DNA of 64,000 nucleotides from a virus: IMG/VR virus record IMGVR_UViG_3300025012_000047, positions 35,171 to 99,170 of that record; one strand, 5' to 3'. Shown piece by piece: positions 59,601 to 64,000 of this stretch (position 1 is its first letter; each line of letters starts with the position of its first letter). The notes under the pieces were generated by a model. It saw only the letters and a program-made list of their open reading frames with translations, ran no database searches and was not told where the DNA came from. The position numbers and the translations under genes were made by a program.

Positions 59601-60346
59601 CGAAACGATATAATTGCCGTGGATTAACAGACATTAACGTGTACACGGGGTTGGACATTACTACACAAACATTACCGCCTGTTGGCACAACCTTGGATAG
59701 TTGTACTTGGCCCCAAATATCACTAATCTCTGCATTGGGACTAGGAGATACTTACTTTAATGTAGGCGACGAGAAAACCCTAACACTATCTACGGCTGAA
59801 GTATTAACAATCCAAATCTACGGTTTTAACCACGACATACTAAGTAGGGACATCACCAAAAAAATAGGAATTACTTTTGGATTGAAAAATCTTATGGCGG
59901 TATCTCGTCAGGTAAACGCTAGTAATACAAATGTTGGTGGTTGGACAGCATCGGCACTAAAAACGTGGATAGATAGTACGTTAACAGGGCAACTTCCAAC
60001 AGACTTGCAAACGGCACTAAATAAAGTTATTAAATTTACGTCTGCCGGGAATATGAGTTCTATAATTATGCCAACGATTGAAAAAGTATTCTTGTTGAGC
60101 GAAATAGAATTATTTGGTTCAGTAACTAATTCAGCCAATGGGGAAGGGACAAAATACACTATATTTACGGATGATGCTAGTCGGATAAAGAAACTCTCTA
60201 ACGGTGTGGGGGTTGACACGGCTTACTGGCAAAGATCCCCGCGCATTGCATCAACAACCTCATTTTGTCTAACTACGGCTACTGGTACGCTACTATATGG
60301 TAATGCTAGTGTTGCTAATGGGGTTGCTTTTGGCTTCTGCGTTTAA
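56687..60346 (+). CDS. Tail fibre/tailspike with beta-helix (pectate-lyase-like) and C-terminal DUF6273-like domain
   Basis: LDSS heptad-like repeats, YPNLKARLD, VNVRQFGAVGDG..DDTQAF, GGFDIEP; C-terminal QIYGFNHD..GGW..KVFLLSEIE..YWQRSP..GVAFGFCV. Confidence 0.8.
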   Translation: MAFEFNNPLLYELREGSGLDPFVPLSTTSVIISNKIVLSELPSPFEGVTISGYAESKISSGLIATTFYVNYLNGIVSFASSENGKTVTANFKGRGIIQIPAERIYSTDGNDVTQTLQNMINSGSVAIESLGGLSTAISTAQALETELDSDIATGNILKSDLDSQFITADVKKTALDLSISNSNTSKTNLDASISTSGVSKTALDSSNITANVTKSNLDSSNTTALATKDLLDGSNATALGTKTALDSSNTTANSTKSNLDGSISSATIINGTLDGTISTANISIGELNETNVTAQANEDTRQSNEETRIEQEENRQSTYSSGHINFKGVVTGKTSLPASSNILGDTYQVIDDAITANNAMWRYNGTIFEKSYVLDLTFAGGYGANNSQVFTATENQTLFTLTEFPYLIGVNQLMVYITGIKQIIGVNYTETSTNSFTLTSGVIVAGTKVEAFRSVPGGAGSLTTQEVESARVSSLGVGYPNLKARLDDHDSNKVGDLNGLPTVAKTDIVSAVNEFYDDVTSYQANYATVNVRQFGAVGDGLLLDGSINPSPTDDTQAFIDAFDFVTNNHYTLTTDYGKTYIVDGVVVDGKSNFGFNSKGILKRQDNLPATNSVVTTTKTLTFKNCSKFNIPLINFDGNALNNHCDPLANPYDDYTTYCPEVRHSFVLENCRDFNIEKITGTNPSGDLLFITGNQTDNYHIGIVDGTATEAIGRNALSIVEGKNFIIDTINSNGIGHFKMPGGFDIEPEVGQYVENGSIGNVNVKTGGYSGLSMGCRYGGGEQIKNVKIGSAIVNNSNIIESRICQIVGSTGVHIGLLKINGTSISTALNIGFSSSPQPVYDFNIDKLEIDGCFIGILADIYHGGFIKANIKNCHGEMFVPYEMENVKVDLTGTFHADATIGYCMRHAATGTLTKCRITGDLSKDSVGTKGTRCLTANRNDSSAVVDCELVDLNMEGWTTGTDILISPEYDKTKRYNCRGLTDINVYTGLDITTQTLPPVGTTLDSCTWPQISLISALGLGDTYFNVGDEKTLTLSTAEVLTIQIYGFNHDILSRDITKKIGITFGLKNLMAVSRQVNASNTNVGGWTASALKTWIDSTLTGQLPTDLQTALNKVIKFTSAGNMSSIIMPTIEKVFLLSEIELFGSVTNSANGEGTKYTIFTDDASRIKKLSNGVGVDTAYWQRSPRIASTTSFCLTTATGTLLYGNASVANGVAFGFCV

Positions 60347-60360
60347 ATACGTATTAGAAA

Positions 60361-60400
60361 TTAAAAGCCTTTTTCACACATACATGAGAAAGACTTTTAA
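60361..60400. terminator. Bidirectional terminator between convergent genes
   Basis: TTAAAAGCCTTTTTCA...TGAGAAAGACTTTTAA. Confidence 0.55.
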
Positions 60401-60401
60401 T

Positions 60402-61463
60402 TTATCTTAAGACACCAGTTTTGACAAGGGTAGTTTTTTTAAATGTTAGATATTTAAGTTTCAATGCTCTTTTTTCAACCATATACCAAGATATAATAGA
60501 TAATATTAAAGTAATTGGAAAAGCAAGTAAAAAAACATATAAAGGTGTAGTTATCCCATATATCTGAATTATTGCTTGTTGTATTGGAAAGGCATAAATA
60601 TATAATCCATAAGAAAAATCACCATATTTAGCAAAGTTAGGGAATGTAAATCTTTGTTGAAATCCTATATACATGACCAAGTAAGTTCCAAGAATAGCTA
60701 TAGCAGTATTAAAATATCCAAATTTAGCAGTAATTAATATAATTATCAAAGATATAGTTGCGTATATATTTTTTAAAGGTATGCTTGATCTATAAAGATA
60801 AAATAATGTACCTCCATAAAAGTAAGAGCCTAATACAAATAGATTATGTATATTTGTATTAATATCTAATGTAGCAACAATTAAACAAACAATAAAGAAA
60901 AACCCTACAAATTTCTTGTTTAATATTTTATTTATGCCTAAAAAAGCAACTACAATATAAAAGAAAAACTCAAATTTAAGAGTCCATAATGAACCATTAA
61001 CAAAACTACCAAAAGGATTGTTTACAAAAACGCCAGGTAAGTATGGGCTTAAATTTGGCAATAAAGCTAAACCAATAAAATACTTGTAAAGTAAATGGTT
61101 TGAAAAATAATCATTGAATGGTAAGGTGGTGAGCATCGGACCCAATATCAACGCAATGACAAACATACACACGATTAAACCTGGGAATATTCTAAGGACT
61201 CTGGCTTTTAAATAAGTTGATAAATTATTACTTTTTTCGTAACTTTGTGCTATTAGGAATCCGCTTATAATGAAAAATATTGCTACGGCCAACCCCCCAA
61301 AAGTAGATTGATTGGTGAATAAAAAAAGAGGTTCGTTATTATTGTTTTGTTGAACTAAAGGATATGAATGTGATAATATAACTAAAACGGCTGATATGAA
61401 TCTAATAATGTCTAAATTGTTTTTTCTTGACGACATAAAATCAGATAGATAGTTTGATTTCAT
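60402..61463 (-). CDS. Acyltransferase family 3 (OafA-like O-acetyltransferase), lysogenic conversion gene
   Basis: LDIIRFISAVLVILSH, FFIISGFLI, RVLRIFP, NGSLWTL..E and SYGLYIYAFP; about 10 hydrophobic segments. Confidence 0.9.
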   Translation of the reverse strand: MKSNYLSDFMSSRKNNLDIIRFISAVLVILSHSYPLVQQNNNNEPLFLFTNQSTFGGLAVAIFFIISGFLIAQSYEKSNNLSTYLKARVLRIFPGLIVCMFVIALILGPMLTTLPFNDYFSNHLLYKYFIGLALLPNLSPYLPGVFVNNPFGSFVNGSLWTLKFEFFFYIVVAFLGINKILNKKFVGFFFIVCLIVATLDINTNIHNLFVLGSYFYGGTLFYLYRSSIPLKNIYATISLIIILITAKFGYFNTAIAILGTYLVMYIGFQQRFTFPNFAKYGDFSYGLYIYAFPIQQAIIQIYGITTPLYVFLLAFPITLILSIISWYMVEKRALKLKYLTFKKTTLVKTGVLR

Positions 61464-61598
61464 AAATATACCTCCTAATCTAATTTGATAGCAATAGACT
61501 ATTTTTAATTATAACATATTACAAGTTTGTTTAATAGTGGGAGTTATAGATTTAAGAAGATATAGTAACCATAGTTGGTGAATAAGGAGGTTTGATTA

Positions 61599-61691
61599 AT
61601 GAGAAGAAAGCGATTGACTGGTGAGACCATAGTAGTGACTGTAGTAGTTGTCGTTGGTATAATTATAGGGATGATTATTAGTATGCTTTAG
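61599..61691 (+). CDS. 30-aa single-TM peptide (not in ORF track)
   Basis: AAGGAGG RBS; MRRKRLTGETIVVTVVVVVGIIIGMIISML. Confidence 0.55.
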   Translation: MRRKRLTGETIVVTVVVVVGIIIGMIISML

Positions 61692-62122
61692 ATTGAGCGG
61701 ATTAAGGTTTTTATTATAACAGAAAATTTTTAGTATTGATATTTTCTTAGAAAGTGAGTTAGTTTTTAATTTATTACTATTTTTTAAAATACACTCTTAT
61801 CATTAATTATAATATCATTTGATTTCTTCTAAACATGTTTAGTAAATATACCTAATCAAACTCATAGCCTTTTAGAGTTGATTTGCTCAAACCTTTCCTT
61901 TGTTTTTATTTATTTTATAAGTTAATAATATCCACATTGTGTTAGTTTATAAAAGTTAACAAGTAAATATTTTTCTATATTTTAAATCCGAGAAAAGGTG
62001 TATTTCAAAGGAAATAATTGTTCGAAAAACAGAGTAAATTGAAGCAAATTGAAGCAAATGGAAGTATAAGAGAGGTGATATTTTTACTTCTCTTTATTAA
62101 TTTAATGGAAGGTGAAATAATT

Positions 62123-62836
62123 ATGTATTCAATAACTTTAGACGCAGGGCATCAATCTTCTCCAAATGCTGATACTGGATGTTCAGGATTTGGTTTAAGA
62201 GAAGAAGATATAGTATTAGATATTTGCAAACGTGCAAAACAATTAATTGAATTGAATGGAATAAAAGTAATTATGACTAGAGAAGGAGCAAAAGTAAATG
62301 GAGATGGTTCGTCACTTAATGCTTCATTAAATACAAGATGCCAAATTGCAAATTCAAATAAAACAGACTTGTTTTTAAGTTGTCATTGTGATGCTTTTAA
62401 TTCTCAAGCATTTGGAACAACTTGTCATGTATTTGGATTAAATGGAAAGGCAGAGAAGTTTGCTAAAATTTTAAATCCTATGATGGGACAATTATTCTAT
62501 AATCGCGGAATTAAGGTATCAAATTTTGCAGTAATCAGGGATACAAATATGCCAGCAATATTGTTAGAAACTGCATTTTTGGATAATAAAGAGGATAATG
62601 CTAAATTAGCAAATGCAAATATAAGACAACAAATTGCTGTAAATATAGCAAAAAGTGTATGTACTTATTTTGGTGTAACTTATAAAGAAGGAGTTGTAAA
62701 TAAAGTGTCAGATGTAGCAATAAAAGTAGACAAAGATGTATATTTAACTGTCAGAGTATTGGAAAGTAAATCTGAAGAAGTAATTAAGCAGATTATTAAA
62801 ATGGGTTACGCGACTAAGAGATTAGAACTTGCTTAA
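62123..62836 (+). CDS. N-acetylmuramoyl-L-alanine amidase (Amidase_3) endolysin
   Basis: ITLDAGH, E in REED, LFLSCHCD, NRGIK..NFAVIRDTNMPAILLETAFLDN. Confidence 0.92.
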   Translation: MYSITLDAGHQSSPNADTGCSGFGLREEDIVLDICKRAKQLIELNGIKVIMTREGAKVNGDGSSLNASLNTRCQIANSNKTDLFLSCHCDAFNSQAFGTTCHVFGLNGKAEKFAKILNPMMGQLFYNRGIKVSNFAVIRDTNMPAILLETAFLDNKEDNAKLANANIRQQIAVNIAKSVCTYFGVTYKEGVVNKVSDVAIKVDKDVYLTVRVLESKSEEVIKQIIKMGYATKRLELA

Positions 62837-63101
62837 TAAACATAATAAAATAAACTCAAATTAGAGATGTAATTATAATTTTATATCTCTTTTAATCCAC
62901 TAAAATTATTTAAGCATTTATAAAATCTTATTAATATTATTTATTCAGTTGTCTATGTATTCGCAAGCTCAGAATTACACTCTGAGACTTGCTAGACTAT
63001 ACAAAATTGCCCTTTGTATGTCTTGATGTAACTATATCATAAGAAAGGGGCAAATGCAAGTGCAAAATAATAATAATATAATTATGGAAGAGGTGTTAGA
63101 A

Positions 63102-63548
63102 GTGGACGAGAATGAAATTAAAGAGGTTTTGGAGAGTCATTCTGAAAAAATTATAGTTTTACAAACTAAGACAAACATACACGAAGAAAAGATTTATGGA
63201 TTAGATAATAAAATTATTAATCATAGTGAAAAACTCCATGAACTTGAGTTAAAGGATATTGCGTATGAAAGTAGATTTAACAATCTTGATACAACATTAG
63301 CAAGGGTTGAAAATACTACATTGCAAAATCTACAAACCTCTAACCTCTTAATAAATACAATTAGTCAAATTGCTATAGGAAATTCAGCAGGTAATACAGA
63401 AATAAAAAAACAGGAAATATTAAGTGATACTGAAATAAAAAAAATAAAATTAAATAATAATTTGAGTATGGCCTTGAAAATTATTGGAATTGTAAGTTTA
63501 CTAATAACTTCTTTTGTTGCTGTGAAGTATGGAATTACTATTAAATAA
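63102..63548 (+). CDS. Coiled-coil protein with C-terminal TM (XhlA/holin-like)
   Basis: Coiled coil followed by hydrophobic IIGIVSLLITSFVAV; next to the endolysin; GAGGTG plus GTG start. Confidence 0.55.
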   Translation: MDENEIKEVLESHSEKIIVLQTKTNIHEEKIYGLDNKIINHSEKLHELELKDIAYESRFNNLDTTLARVENTTLQNLQTSNLLINTISQIAIGNSAGNTEIKKQEILSDTEIKKIKLNNNLSMALKIIGIVSLLITSFVAVKYGITIK

Positions 63549-63572
63549 TTAAAAATAAGGGAATGATTCTAT

Positions 63573-63800
63573 ATGAACAAATTAAATAAAATCATAAATT
63601 ATATTACATTCAATATTACATCAAAATTAATAATCGAATTAAACAAAGAAATTTCAAAACAAAATGAAGATATTTACATACTACTTAAAGAAGAATTGGC
63701 AATTATTAAAGAACAGAATCTTTCAAACGCAAAACAAATAGCTGAGTTATTAAAACAATTGGATGTAATTGGCAGAATGTTAAGAGGGAAAGGGCTTTAA
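63573..63800 (+). CDS. Hypothetical coiled-coil protein
   Basis: ORF with AAGGG RBS. Confidence 0.5.
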   Translation: MNKLNKIINYITFNITSKLIIELNKEISKQNEDIYILLKEELAIIKEQNLSNAKQIAELLKQLDVIGRMLRGKGL

Positions 63801-63887
63801 AGAAAAAGTTTAAAATGCTATAAATAATAAGATATAAATAATTTTAAGGAGATGTATTTAAATAAAAAGGAGAAATGATTAATCCAA

Positions 63888-64000
63888 ATGAAATCTGAAT
63901 TCAGTTCTTACTCTTTACGCCTTGCAGGATTTTTAATGCTTCAAGGATTTGTACTTAAATTAATGAGAGACGATCAAAAATCAAATAGAAAAATATTTAT
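63888..64000 (+). CDS. DUF5659-like protein (paralogue 4), truncated by window end
   Basis: MKSEFSSYSLRLAGFLMLQGFVLKLMRDDQKSNRKIF... Confidence 0.6.
   Translation, partial: MKSEFSSYSLRLAGFLMLQGFVLKLMRDDQKSNRKIF

Larger units (their letters stand above)
1..64000 (+). mobile_element. Large SPbeta-like siphophage/prophage, packaging-head-tail-lysis region (ends not in window)
   Basis: Colinear TerL, portal, protease/scaffold, capsid, connectors, tail tube, tyrosine recombinase within the tail module, SLT-bearing tape measure, Dit, tail spike and amidase. The order resembles the SPbeta yon/yom region. Confidence 0.93.

Overview
A very AT-rich 64 kb segment of a large SPbeta-like siphovirus or prophage of a low-GC Firmicute (probably Clostridia; the host is inferred, not shown). 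Almost all genes are on the + strand. The order is: pre-terminase accessory genes, terminase, portal, protease/scaffold, decoration, major capsid, head-tail connectors, tail tube, tyrosine recombinase, tape measure with SLT domain, Dit, giant tail spike, tail fibre/depolymerase, O-acyltransferase and amidase endolysin. Many homing-endonuclease-like genes, BRO/ORF6N/ANT regulators, two helicase plus origin-like cassettes and morons are interspersed. Several lesions (an in-frame stop, deletion junctions, a frameshift) suggest a decaying prophage. The most notable unexplained signal is a structured leader RNA present five times, upstream of four nuclease genes and one BRO gene. Each copy has a self-complementary hexamer loop and a copy-specific 6-9 nt segment complementary to one or two downstream sites, the last at or beside the RBS. 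Other leads are a domain-swapped, apparently dead terminase paralogue; paralogous small-protein plus helicase plus origin cassettes with shared downstream motifs; and anti-SD sequences hidden in moron promoter spacers. No rRNA, tRNA or CRISPR array was recognised. All family names come from motif recognition by eye, not database searches.
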